A DNA stretch of 64,000 nt from an uncultured Pseudomonadales bacterium (GCA_964645645.1 CAZYBC010000001.1:6064-70063); one strand, 5' to 3'. Counted from the first letter of the stretch, positions 49,694 through 59,635 are shown. The notes: a model not told the origin generated them from the sequence alone. Translations and numbers: made by a program.

Positions 49694-50731
49694 ATGGCGA
49701 AAAAAAAAGTTTTATTAGGTATGAGTGGCGGAGTTGATAGCTCTGTAACAGCGGCCATTTTATTAAAACAAGGCTTTGAAGTTATTGGCGCAACTTTTCA
49801 GCTACAAGAAAAACAGACCAGTACTAATGATGCTGCTAAAGTGGCTGAACAATTAGGAATTGAGCATCTTTTTTTAGATTTAAAAAATCAATTTAAAGAT
49901 CGCGTTATTGATTATTTTATTAATAGTTATCTTCATGGTGAAACACCAAATCCTTGCACCACTTGTAATCGCTTCATTAAATTTGACGCTTTGTTGAATA
50001 AAGCTTTAGCCATGGGGATTGATTACATTGCCACTGGTCATTATGCCAGAGTGGAATTTGATGAAAACAAACAAAGATACTTACTAAAAAAATCTTTGGC
50101 TGGGGGCAAAGATCAATCTTATGTTTTATATGCTTTAACACAAGCTCAATTAGCCAGAGTAATTTTTCCTTTAGGTAATTTTACCAAACCAGCCATTCGT
50201 GCTAAAGCTAAAGAGTTAGGCCTTAGTGTAGCTGATAAACCAGATAGTCAAGAAATTTGTTTTATTCCTGATAATAATTATCGCCACTTTATTCAAAGCC
50301 AAAATACAAGCAAAATTAAACCAGGCAATTTTGTTGATCAAAACGGCAAAATTTTAGGTCAACATACTGGCATTACTAATTACACCATTGGTCAAAGAAC
50401 TGGTTTAGGGATTGCTTTAGGTTATCCAATTTACGTTACTAAAATTGATCCAGTCAAAAATGAAGTAGTGCTCGGCACTAATCAACAGCTCTTTACTACC
50501 ACTCTTTATGCTAAAGATTTAAATTTTATTGCTATTAAAAAATTAGAAGAACCTTTAAAAATTAAAGCCAAAATCCGTTCTAGCGCTTTAGCAGAATCAG
50601 CCACTATTTACCCAGCTGACAATGAGCAAATTAAATTAGTTTTTGATCAAGCTCAACGCGCCATTACTCCTGGGCAAGCTGTGGTTTTTTATGATGACGA
50701 TGTGGTAATTGGCGGTGGAAAAATAATCTAA
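49694..50731 (+). CDS. mnmA: tRNA 2-thiouridylase MnmA
   Basis: MSGGVDS, PNPC..CN, ATGHYA, KDQSY, DSQEICF, TPGQ. Confidence 0.97.
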   Translation: MAKKKVLLGMSGGVDSSVTAAILLKQGFEVIGATFQLQEKQTSTNDAAKVAEQLGIEHLFLDLKNQFKDRVIDYFINSYLHGETPNPCTTCNRFIKFDALLNKALAMGIDYIATGHYARVEFDENKQRYLLKKSLAGGKDQSYVLYALTQAQLARVIFPLGNFTKPAIRAKAKELGLSVADKPDSQEICFIPDNNYRHFIQSQNTSKIKPGNFVDQNGKILGQHTGITNYTIGQRTGLGIALGYPIYVTKIDPVKNEVVLGTNQQLFTTTLYAKDLNFIAIKKLEEPLKIKAKIRSSALAESATIYPADNEQIKLVFDQAQRAITPGQAVVFYDDDVVIGGGKII

Positions 50732-50749
50732 ATGTTATAATGAACATCT

Positions 50750-52459
50750 ATGCTAAAAAAAATCTTAGCTCTTTTAATTGCTTTAACTAGCTTCAATTTA
50801 TTCTTTTACAAAAACAATCAAAATTACTTAGGCACTATCGCTTTTGTAATTCTAGTTTTAACCACTCAAGCTTTTTTATGGATCGCTTTTTATCAAAAAG
50901 ATAAAAAAGAAATTAAACATAAGTTTGCTTTAGTAACGAGTGGTTTAACAATCGTTACTAGTATTTTTTCCTTGTTTAGAGCTAGTGAAGTAGATCAATT
51001 TTTACTTAGTAGTCTTACTTTAGTTTTAACTTTAATTAGTACTTATTTATTAACAATCTCTTATTCAATTTTTGGGGCAATTAGTGAACTTTTTTATGTG
51101 CCTAAACAACTAGTGGCAAACTGGTTAGATAATTTTTTTACCATGATTCCTAGTTTACCTAGACAAACTAAAAAGCTATTCAGTTTAAATAAAGTTTTAC
51201 CTCAACAAAAATCTCCTTCTAAAAATACAGTTTTTTCTTTAATTAGGGGAGCTGTCATTACCCTGCCTATCATCTTAGTCATTACCTATTTGTTAGCTCA
51301 GGCTGATCCGGTTTTTTCAAAATTAGTTAATGAAATTTTAAATATTAAAATTAATTTACCTGACTTTTTATCCAATATTCCAGAAAGATTTATTCATTCT
51401 TTAATTTTACTTTTGTTATTAATTCCAATTGCCATGCTGAAAATTGAACAGCCTTTTATTTCACCGCTTAAACATGAAAAATTTGCTAAATATAAAAATG
51501 AGCTTTCCGTTTTAGTATTAAGTTTAGTGGCAGTTTTAGCTGTCTTTTTAGCTATTCAATTCCGTTATTTATTTGCCAATGTAGCAGAAACTCAATTACA
51601 CCAATTTGGCATTAATACTTATTCAGAATATGTTCGTAAAGGTTTTGTGGAAATGCTGATAGTTTCAGTAATTGTCTATTTAGTATCTGCAAGTAGTTTT
51701 GTGGTTTATCGTTCTTTAAATCAAAGTAAAAATTGGTTAAGAAGATTTAACTTTTTATTATTAGCAGAAATGTTAATTTTTATTATTTCAATTTTCCGCC
51801 GGGTGCTGCTTTATCAAAATTATCATGGTTTAACTAGAGTTAGAATTTATGGTTCGATGTTTTTAATAATGCTAATTGGTCTAACTATTACCTTAGCTCT
51901 TAGACAAATCAAAAAACAATTTTCTAATTGGTATCTTTATGAAATAGGGATTGTGATTGGCACTATGTTGCTTAGTGTTTTCCTAAAAACAGATCGCTTA
52001 ATTGCAACTACTTTTCCCCCACATGTAAATAATGAAATCGATTATATTTATATTTCTCGCTTATCTGCGGATGGGGTTGATGGTTGGATTAAGGCTTACC
52101 AAGATGCCAAACAATCTATGGAAGAAATTCAGCAAGATGGTGGAACACGACTTACTGTTTACACCTATCTTTCCATCAGCCAACTCAAAGAAAAATACAC
52201 ATTTTTAATCAAACATTATGGTTCTAAAGAAGATAAAGCCTTATTGAACTATTCGGTTGATGATAAATATAACTTTACTAAATTTAACTTTAGCGAGTGG
52301 CAGGCTTATCAACAATTAAAAAACAATCTTAGCTATAATGAATTAATGGAAACTTACCAAAAGTTAGATGACATATATTATTCATTACCCAAAGAAGAAA
52401 GCAGTAAAAGTTTTGACCGATCTTTAAATTCACCATTAATGGAAGCAATAGAAAGATAA
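50750..52459 (+). CDS. DUF4153/DUF4173 membrane protein
   Basis: LLAQADPVF, YSEYVRKGF, YHGLTRVR, YISRLSADG. Confidence 0.85.
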   Translation: MLKKILALLIALTSFNLFFYKNNQNYLGTIAFVILVLTTQAFLWIAFYQKDKKEIKHKFALVTSGLTIVTSIFSLFRASEVDQFLLSSLTLVLTLISTYLLTISYSIFGAISELFYVPKQLVANWLDNFFTMIPSLPRQTKKLFSLNKVLPQQKSPSKNTVFSLIRGAVITLPIILVITYLLAQADPVFSKLVNEILNIKINLPDFLSNIPERFIHSLILLLLLIPIAMLKIEQPFISPLKHEKFAKYKNELSVLVLSLVAVLAVFLAIQFRYLFANVAETQLHQFGINTYSEYVRKGFVEMLIVSVIVYLVSASSFVVYRSLNQSKNWLRRFNFLLLAEMLIFIISIFRRVLLYQNYHGLTRVRIYGSMFLIMLIGLTITLALRQIKKQFSNWYLYEIGIVIGTMLLSVFLKTDRLIATTFPPHVNNEIDYIYISRLSADGVDGWIKAYQDAKQSMEEIQQDGGTRLTVYTYLSISQLKEKYTFLIKHYGSKEDKALLNYSVDDKYNFTKFNFSEWQAYQQLKNNLSYNELMETYQKLDDIYYSLPKEESSKSFDRSLNSPLMEAIER

Positions 52460-52469
52460 GAAAGGACTA

Positions 52470-53060
52470 ATGAAAAAAATTATTTTATCTTTGGCATTAT
52501 TAGCCACTGGGGCAGTATTATTAGCTGGTTGTGGTAAAGCTCAACCCACTCCTTCTGTCTCAACTGGGACCAAAGTAAAATTTGAAAAAGAAGTAGCTTT
52601 GAATGAAGAAGCTATGGTTGAATTTCAGATGATGGAAGGTAGCGAAAAAACTACTGGTAAAGCCACTTTTAAAGCCAAAGAATTTGGAGAAAAAGCTAAG
52701 ATGGGTGAAACCCAACCAATTGCTGGTCAAACTTTTTATTATTTAGTTTATGACTTTAAAGCTGATGCTACTAATTCCACAACTGCTACACCAAGCTTAT
52801 TTTTAGACCCAGCTGCTCCTCAAGTAGTTATGTTAGAAGCTAACACTATGCCAGAATTAGGCGGCATGATTAGCGGTGCTTATAATTCTAATTTACAAGA
52901 AGAAATGGGCTTGCAAGCTTTTGAATTGGTAAAAATGAATCAAGCTGATTGGGTGAGCACAGTTGCCACTTGGTACACCACTAAAGTAGAAAAACCAGTA
53001 GTGGCTTTACAATACAACGATGCCAGTGGAAGCAAAAAATATATTAAAATTAATTACTAA
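52470..53060 (+). CDS. Lipoprotein
   Basis: LLAGC lipobox. Confidence 0.8.
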   Translation: MKKIILSLALLATGAVLLAGCGKAQPTPSVSTGTKVKFEKEVALNEEAMVEFQMMEGSEKTTGKATFKAKEFGEKAKMGETQPIAGQTFYYLVYDFKADATNSTTATPSLFLDPAAPQVVMLEANTMPELGGMISGAYNSNLQEEMGLQAFELVKMNQADWVSTVATWYTTKVEKPVVALQYNDASGSKKYIKINY

Positions 53061-53071
53061 ATTAATTTAAG

Positions 53072-54205
53072 ATGCTAACTAAATTCTGGTCAAAATTAAT
53101 CTTTATTGTTATTTTATTAAGTGGGCTTTTTTTAAAGCCCACTTTGGTTTTAGCTCAAGATTCCGAAATACCAGAAACCGAAACTTTACAAGGTAAAATT
53201 TTAAAAATCAGTGAAGAAGGTAAGGAAACTATTAATGACCAGCTAGTAGATTACCAGATTTATGAAGTCTTAATTACTCAAGGTAGTTTAAAAGGCCAAA
53301 CTATTCAGCTTAAACATTCAGCTGCTAGCAGTGGTTTAATGGCCACTAATTTTCAAACTTACCAAGCTAATGACAAAATTAGCATCCAACTTGCTTATGA
53401 TTGGCAAGGTCAGCCAATTTATAATATTTTAGGTAAAATAAAAATTTACGGTCTAATCAATTTAGCCATTTTATTTTTAATTGTGGTGTTATTAATTGGC
53501 AGATGGTGGGGGGCACTCGCCACGGCTGGATTGATTTTTTCTTTTGTGGTAATTTTTAAAGTGGTCATTCCTTTATTAATGAAAGGCGTTGATCCAATTT
53601 TAACTACTGTCATTGGTTCAATATTAATTATTCCTGCTACTTTTTATATCTCTCATGGTTTTAATGCTAAAACTCACACCAGCGTTATTAGCACCTTTAT
53701 TAGTTTAATTATTACTAGCTTACTATCAATTTACTTTATTAATCAAACTTATCTCACCGGCTATGCCAGCGAGGATGTTAATTTTTTGCAAGTAGAAATA
53801 GGTGACGTAATTAATATCAAAAACTTATTATTAGCGGGAATGATGATTAGTGCGCTAGGTATTTTGGATGATATTACCATTGGCCAAGCTTCTACGGTAG
53901 AACAACTAAAAAAAGCTAATCCAAAAATGAAAAAACTAGCGCTTTTTAAACAAGCCATGCATGTAGGCCAAGATCATATTTCTTCCATGGTCAACACACT
54001 TATCTTAGTTTACGCTGGAGCCAATCTTCCTTTGCTCTTATTATTTTCTGATAGCCAACGTCATTTTGGAGAAATCATTGAATTAGAAATGGTGGCTCAA
54101 GAAATCGTCAAAATGCTGGTGGGGAGTATTGGACTCGTTTTAGCTGCTCCGTTAGCTACCGGAATTGCTGTTATAATGTTCCAACCAAAAGAAGTGAAAA
54201 AATAA
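53072..54205 (+). CDS. YibE/F family membrane protein
   Basis: LGILDDIT, GQDHISSMVNTLILVYAG. Confidence 0.9.
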   Translation: MLTKFWSKLIFIVILLSGLFLKPTLVLAQDSEIPETETLQGKILKISEEGKETINDQLVDYQIYEVLITQGSLKGQTIQLKHSAASSGLMATNFQTYQANDKISIQLAYDWQGQPIYNILGKIKIYGLINLAILFLIVVLLIGRWWGALATAGLIFSFVVIFKVVIPLLMKGVDPILTTVIGSILIIPATFYISHGFNAKTHTSVISTFISLIITSLLSIYFINQTYLTGYASEDVNFLQVEIGDVINIKNLLLAGMMISALGILDDITIGQASTVEQLKKANPKMKKLALFKQAMHVGQDHISSMVNTLILVYAGANLPLLLLFSDSQRHFGEIIELEMVAQEIVKMLVGSIGLVLAAPLATGIAVIMFQPKEVKK

Positions 54206-54209
54206 ACCT

Positions 54210-54602
54210 ATGTTAAAAAAATCTCTATTTTTAATTTTAGTTAGTGCTGTGTTTTTAACTGGCTGTACAGCCAAGCCTCAGCCAAACAATAATTTACCTT
54301 TACCAACTCCAACCGTTACCCAAGCTGAAGTCAGCCCCACTTACACTTTTGTTGCTGAAACAGACGGCCAAACTGCCGCTGACTTATTACAAGCTAACTT
54401 AACTTTAGAAACTAAAGATTACGGTGAAGCTGGCTTATTTATCACTGCCATTAATGGCTTAGCTGGTGATAATCAAAACTACTGGGCTTTCTATCTTAAT
54501 GATCAGTATGCCCAAACTGGAATTAGCCAAACTGTCCTTAAAAAAGGTGATAAAATTACCCTTGTCTATGAAAAGATTGTCTTCGATCAATTATCAGAAT
54601 AG
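54210..54602 (+). CDS. DUF4430 (transcobalamin-like) lipoprotein
   Basis: LTGC lipobox, FITAING, YWAFYLND, KGDKI. Confidence 0.85.
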   Translation: MLKKSLFLILVSAVFLTGCTAKPQPNNNLPLPTPTVTQAEVSPTYTFVAETDGQTAADLLQANLTLETKDYGEAGLFITAINGLAGDNQNYWAFYLNDQYAQTGISQTVLKKGDKITLVYEKIVFDQLSE

Positions 54603-55059
54603 CTTCGCTAATTTAGCAGTTTTTGTGTCTCGCTTAGGCTTATTACCAGCTAATATTAGTCCTTTGGGAAGTTTAGGTTTTTTCTCTAATAACCTAGTTT
54701 TATTTATCTTAAATATTATTATTTTTGATTGGCTAGTGGGTGGTTTTTATCCTAATTGTTGGGTCACCTACTTAGGCTTTTTGATGTATCCATTAATGAG
54801 TCATTTAGCCAAAAAAAATCTCAAAAAACAAATTGTTTTTTTGCCGCTCGCCTCTTTGTTGTTTTTCTTTGTTTCTAATTTGGGAGTTTGGTTCTATTGG
54901 TATCCTCACACTCTCACTGGCCTAATTCGCTGTTACCTATTAGCGCTCCCTTTTTATCAACGTACTTTAATGGGTGATCTAGTATTTGGCTATACCTACT
55001 TAGCACTAAAAGAAGGTTTAAAACGCTGGAATATTAATCATCTATTAGCTCGTAATTAA
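54568..55059 (+). CDS. DUF6580/BtuM-like S-component transporter
   Basis: SRL...NISPLG, FFFVSNLGVW, YPHTLTGLIRCYLLALPF, GDL. Start reassigned to ATG 54568. Confidence 0.8.
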   Translation: MKRLSSINYQNSFANLAVFVSRLGLLPANISPLGSLGFFSNNLVLFILNIIIFDWLVGGFYPNCWVTYLGFLMYPLMSHLAKKNLKKQIVFLPLASLLFFFVSNLGVWFYWYPHTLTGLIRCYLLALPFYQRTLMGDLVFGYTYLALKEGLKRWNINHLLARN

Positions 55060-55061
55060 GC

Positions 55062-55805
55062 ATGGTCAGTCAAAAAAATTTTTACAATCTTTTTCATCAC
55101 AAAAACAAAAAGTTTAATAAAGTTATCAAACGACCTAATTTTACTTACTATTATCATTTAGAAATTTTGCACCATTGGTTTAAAAATTTTACAAATTTAC
55201 GTGTTTTAGATGTAGGCTGTGGAGTTGCCCCAATCTCTTTATATTTAGCCAATCAGCAAGCTAAAGTCACCGCCATTGATATCTCTACCCGCGCCATTAA
55301 ACTCGCCCAACAAGCTGCTAAAGATTTAGGTTTAAAACTTACCCTCAAAGCCGAACAACTTCACACTGGCCAACAACAAAATGATTTATTAATTTGTTCG
55401 GAAGTGCTAGAACATATTGCTCACGAAAGTGATTTTCTCAAAAAATTAAATTCTCAACTCAAAAAAACTGGCCTATTATATTTATCTGTACCCAGCGATC
55501 AAAACTGTTTGTTTAAATTAGGATTACTTAATAAATTTGATCAACAAGTAGGACACTTACGCCGGTATAATACTGAGAATATTCAAAAACTTTTAACCAA
55601 ACATGGGTTTAGAATTTTGACCTTAAAAAAAGCAGAAAGCCCCTTAAGAAATTTATTATTTATCAGCCCGCTAGGATTTTTAATCAAATTTATTCGCGGC
55701 CCGCTAATTAAAATTTTTCATTGGCTAGATGAATGTTTAATTCCACTGCTTGGTTATTGTAATATTATTGTCATAGCTAGAAAGAAAACATCATGCAACC
55801 CTTAG
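55062..55805 (+). CDS. Class I SAM-dependent methyltransferase
   Basis: VLDVGCG, EVLEHI, GHLRRY. Confidence 0.9.
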   Translation: MVSQKNFYNLFHHKNKKFNKVIKRPNFTYYYHLEILHHWFKNFTNLRVLDVGCGVAPISLYLANQQAKVTAIDISTRAIKLAQQAAKDLGLKLTLKAEQLHTGQQQNDLLICSEVLEHIAHESDFLKKLNSQLKKTGLLYLSVPSDQNCLFKLGLLNKFDQQVGHLRRYNTENIQKLLTKHGFRILTLKKAESPLRNLLFISPLGFLIKFIRGPLIKIFHWLDECLIPLLGYCNIIVIARKKTSCNP

Positions 55806-56266
55806 CCCCTAACAGAAGAATGCGCCCCGGCACTAAAGCCTTAATTGTGCACCAAAACAAAATTTTAGTGGTTCACGAAAAAGTTAATTATAACGGCCAA
55901 CCCGTAATAATCACTGACTTTCCCGGTGGCGGAATTGAATTTGGTGAAAACCTCATAGACGCTCTCAAAAGAGAAGTTTACGAAGAAACCTGCTTAGAAG
56001 TTGAAGTCCAAAAAGTCGTTGGCGCATGGGCCTTTGTTTTAGGCGATACCGAAAAAGATGACCCTAATCGCGAAAAAGTTCATATCGTTTGTATTGGCTA
56101 TCAATGCAAATTAATTGGCGAACCCAAAATTGATCTCAGCAAAAATCCCGCTCCAGAAAATATTGTGGAAGCCCGGTGGTATAGCAAAGAAGAATTGTTA
56201 AGCGACCCCGCGTTGTTAAGAAATTCCCCAGGGATGATTCAGGCGGTGGAAAACATAGAATTGTAA
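55793..56266 (+). CDS. NUDIX hydrolase
   Basis: PGGGIEFGENLIDALKREVYEET. Confidence 0.9.
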   Translation: MQPLAPNRRMRPGTKALIVHQNKILVVHEKVNYNGQPVIITDFPGGGIEFGENLIDALKREVYEETCLEVEVQKVVGAWAFVLGDTEKDDPNREKVHIVCIGYQCKLIGEPKIDLSKNPAPENIVEARWYSKEELLSDPALLRNSPGMIQAVENIEL

Positions 56267-56361
56267 ATCAGGCTTATTAAACCTACCCAGTGATTTCAAC
56301 TTTTCGCCAGGTTTTTAAAGAAAAATTTGTTATAATTAAGATCTAATTTGATAAATTTTAA

Positions 56362-56446
56362 GGAAGTGTCGCATAGTGGTCGATTGCACACGCCTGGAAA
56401 GCGTGAGCTCGCAAGGGCTTCGTGGGTTCGAATCCCACCACTTCCG
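56362..56446 (+). tRNA. tRNA-Ser(GGA)
   Basis: GGAAGTGTCGCATAGTGG...CACGCCTGGAAAGCGTG, long variable arm. CCA is absent here and present on the downstream duplicate 3' end. Confidence 0.95.
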
Positions 56447-56700
56447 CAGTTACAAAAAGGTCAAGCGCAAGCTTGATTTTTTTGTAACTGTTGGTGGTGG
56501 ATGATGAAAAGCCAAGGTGCGCGTTATTCAGCCTAATAGTGCACATGAGGAGTCAATCCTTTAGAAACTAAACGAAACGACGAGGCGCACTATGCTGAAT
56601 AATGTGAGGAAGCGCAAGCGAAGACAGGTGTATAATTGTAGCGATTAGCGGAAATTATACTGTCTAAGCGAGCAAACTCACTCTCCCACCACTTCCGCCA
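56433..56700. mobile_element. Miniature non-coding insertion flanked by duplicated tRNA-Ser 3' end
   Basis: 15-bp direct repeat TCCCACCACTTCCGC at 56433-56447 and 56684-56698; internal hairpins. Confidence 0.75.
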
Positions 56701-56736
56701 ATAAAAAAGTATTTAGCCCGCCCTAGTAAAGGAAAT

Positions 56737-57021
56737 ATGTCAAATAATTGGAAAGAATCTACAACTGGCCAATTTAATGAAACAGAATTAGCCCGTTTAC
56801 AAACTGGAACTGCTGAAGAATTAACTACAGCTTTTATGTCTTCTGCTGACAATGTTATCCTTAGAGCTCTTTATGAATTAATGACTCATGGTGAAGATGA
56901 AAAATTAAACGCAATAATAAACAATCCTGCTATTAAAAATAGAATTGAAAGAGCTTGTGTAGGTTTTGGCCCTGATATGATTATTCTTCTTAGTTTGATG
57001 AGCAGATTTGGGCTGCATTAA
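56737..57021 (+). CDS. Hypothetical protein
   Basis: 94-aa ORF with AAAGGA RBS. Confidence 0.65.
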   Translation: MSNNWKESTTGQFNETELARLQTGTAEELTTAFMSSADNVILRALYELMTHGEDEKLNAIINNPAIKNRIERACVGFGPDMIILLSLMSRFGLH

Positions 57022-57024
57022 TAA

Positions 57025-57642
57025 CTAAATTTCAACTATCTTTGCTCTGTCATCGCTTATAAGCACAGCTTGATCATTGGTTAAAGTCACCACTTCAAAA
57101 CCCTTGTCTTTCATTTCGGCTGTTGTATCTTTTATTCTCTGAGCATATTTGGCTTCATGGGCGTGGGGAATAATAACTTTATCGAAAAAATTTAAGCCCT
57201 GATAATCAGTTAAAGCTGGAGCCTCATTAGGATCATCAAATCTTTTCGCTCCTTCAATAGTGGGACAACAAATAATTGAACCGGCACTAGAGCCAACATA
57301 GATGAGACCGTGGTCAACTAATTTTTTGATGACTTTATCAAAACCACTTTTCTTAACCCAATCTAGTAAATAAAAAGTATTACCACCTGCAACCAACACC
57401 AAATCAACCTCAGATAATTGTTGTTCTAATGACGTTTCTGAAGCTAACTTTAGATCTATGTCCACCACTTCAAAACCCATGGCCACCAATTTTTCACGAT
57501 CTACTTCCATAAAACCTTTATCTTGGTAAGGATCTGCCGCCGTGGGGATAAAAGCCGCCTTTAGTGGTGATTTGTTGGGTAACAACTCTTTAATAAGATC
57601 TAAAGTAACTGCGGCAAAAGAGGCTAAAAAAAGTTTTTTCAT
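57025..57642 (-). CDS. Peptidase E (S51) family
   Basis: FIPTA, VAGGNTF, GSSAGS, IPH. Confidence 0.9.
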   Translation of the reverse strand: MKKLFLASFAAVTLDLIKELLPNKSPLKAAFIPTAADPYQDKGFMEVDREKLVAMGFEVVDIDLKLASETSLEQQLSEVDLVLVAGGNTFYLLDWVKKSGFDKVIKKLVDHGLIYVGSSAGSIICCPTIEGAKRFDDPNEAPALTDYQGLNFFDKVIIPHAHEAKYAQRIKDTTAEMKDKGFEVVTLTNDQAVLISDDRAKIVEI

Positions 57643-57866
57643 ATTGTTGATAAGGTAGATTATATGCTAGAAATCAGTAGTTAAAGGGGATAAGATGAAA
57701 AAATGGAATTTAAAATTTTGTGATTACCTAGGGATGAATTGTCCCTAAGTAGTAATAACTAATCATTAAACTATTAAGCAATACTTAATAGTTCAAAATC
57801 GCGAGTAAAAAACTTTTTTTTAGCCTGTCCCATTTGCCCAATTTTTCTATATAATACCTTGGGTAA

Positions 57867-57969
57867 GCATTCATAGTTCAATAGGATAGAATAGGGTTTT
57901 GACTAAGGACATAATCTATTTATGATTTTAGTTAAGCCTCAGCTGGCAGTTCGAATCTGCCTGAATGCA
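57867..57969 (+). ncRNA. tRNA-like RNA with an extended anticodon arm (anticodon unassignable; could be intron-containing or pseudo tRNA)
   Basis: Acceptor GCATTCA/TGAATGC+A, D arm GTTC-AATAGGATA-GAAT, T arm GGCAG-TTCGAAT-CTGCC; 36 nt in place of the 7-nt anticodon loop. Confidence 0.8.
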
Positions 57970-58037
57970 CAATACTTAAGCAACATACAATTTACTCATA
58001 TGTTCTAGTAAAAAACCGCTTAAAATCTTACATTAAA

Positions 58038-59630
58038 ATGACAAAAATATTAAAAACACCAACTTCAAACACTAGCAAAGAACAAGAACGTGCCGAATTG
58101 CACCGAACTATCTGGCAAATTGCCAATGATCTACGTGGGAGTGTTGATGGTTGGGATTTTAAATCATATGTATTAGGAATGCTTTTTTACCGCTTTATTA
58201 GTGAAAATCTAACTAACTATATTAATGATGACGAACGCCGTTCTGGAAGCTTAAACTTTGACTATGCAAAACTTACAGACAAAGAAGCAGAATTTGGTCG
58301 GACCGATACTGTAAAAGAAAAAGGCTTCTATATTTTACCCAGCGAATTGTTTGTTAACGTCTGCAAGAAAGCCAAAAACGACAAAAATCTTAATGAGACA
58401 CTAGCAAAAATTTTTGCGAACATTGAAAATTCAGCTAAAGGTTCAACAAGCGAAGATGATCTCAAAGGTTTATTTGCTGACTTAGACGTTAACTCAAGTA
58501 AACTTGGCAATACTGTTGAACACCGCAATCAAAAACTGGTTAAGATTATTGAGGCAGTCAGCAATCTTCGCCTTGGCAATTACTCAGACCATACCATTGA
58601 TGCTTTTGGAGACGCTTACGAATTTTTAATGACCATGTATGCCTCTAATGCTGGTAAATCTGGAGGTGAATTTTATACACCTCAAGAAGTAAGTGAATTA
58701 CTGGCAGAAATTACTACCGTTGGTAAAAAAGAAGTCAATAAAGTTTATGACCCGGCTTGTGGCTCTGGTTCTCTGCTTCTTAAATTTGCCAAAGTGCTTG
58801 GTAAAGAAAATGTCCGCCAAGGATTTTTTGGCCAAGAAATTAATCTCACTACTTACAACTTATGTCGCATCAACATGTTTTTGCACGACATTAATTACAA
58901 TAATTTTGATATTGCCCTTGGCGATACTTTGCTTGAACCAAAACATTGGGATGATGAACCATTTGATGCAATTGTATCCAATCCTCCCTATTCAATTAAA
59001 TGGGAAGGAGATGCTAATCCGCTTCTTATCAATGATCCCCGCTTCTCACCGGCTGGAGTACTCGCCCCAAAAGGCAAGGCTGATTTAGCTTTTACCATGC
59101 ACATGCTTTCCTGGTTATCTACCGGTGGTACAGCCGCAATTGTTGAATTCCCAGGAGTTCTTTACCGCGGAGGAGCTGAACAAAAAATTAGAAAATATCT
59201 TCTTGAAAATAACTATGTCGATACAGTCATTCAATTGCCACCAGATTTGTTTTTTGGGACTACAATTGCAACTTGTGTCATTGTCCTTAAAAAAAGCAAA
59301 AAAGATAATAAAACTTTGTTTATTGACGCTTCAAAAGAATTTATCAGAAATGGCAATAAAAATAAATTAAGCGAAACAAACCGTCAAAAAATTTTAGAAG
59401 CCTTTATGGCTCGTCAAGATAGCAAATATTTTGCCAAATTAGTGGATAACAAAGCAATTGCAGAGAATGAGTACAACATCTCGGTTTCTAGCTATGTGGA
59501 ACAGGAAGATACACGAGAAGTAATTGATATTACCAAGTTGAATGCTGAGATAAAGCAGATTGTGGCTAGACAACAAGAGCTAAGGTTAGCGATTGATGGA
59601 ATAGTAAAGGATATTGAAGGAAAAGATTAA
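58038..59630 (+). CDS. hsdM: Type I RM methyltransferase subunit
   Basis: GEFYTP, YDPACGSG, NPPY. Confidence 0.97.
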   Translation: MTKILKTPTSNTSKEQERAELHRTIWQIANDLRGSVDGWDFKSYVLGMLFYRFISENLTNYINDDERRSGSLNFDYAKLTDKEAEFGRTDTVKEKGFYILPSELFVNVCKKAKNDKNLNETLAKIFANIENSAKGSTSEDDLKGLFADLDVNSSKLGNTVEHRNQKLVKIIEAVSNLRLGNYSDHTIDAFGDAYEFLMTMYASNAGKSGGEFYTPQEVSELLAEITTVGKKEVNKVYDPACGSGSLLLKFAKVLGKENVRQGFFGQEINLTTYNLCRINMFLHDINYNNFDIALGDTLLEPKHWDDEPFDAIVSNPPYSIKWEGDANPLLINDPRFSPAGVLAPKGKADLAFTMHMLSWLSTGGTAAIVEFPGVLYRGGAEQKIRKYLLENNYVDTVIQLPPDLFFGTTIATCVIVLKKSKKDNKTLFIDASKEFIRNGNKNKLSETNRQKILEAFMARQDSKYFAKLVDNKAIAENEYNISVSSYVEQEDTREVIDITKLNAEIKQIVARQQELRLAIDGIVKDIEGKD

Positions 59631-59635
59631 AAACT

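Noticed and set aside
56540-56590. ATGAGGAG...CGAAAC as a hammerhead ribozyme core
   Set aside because: CTGANGA is imperfect and I could not build stems I and III.
56358-56852. Minus-strand ORFs 56358-56546 and 56664-56852
   Set aside because: Antisense to the tRNA, the insertion and the 56737 gene; no coding features.
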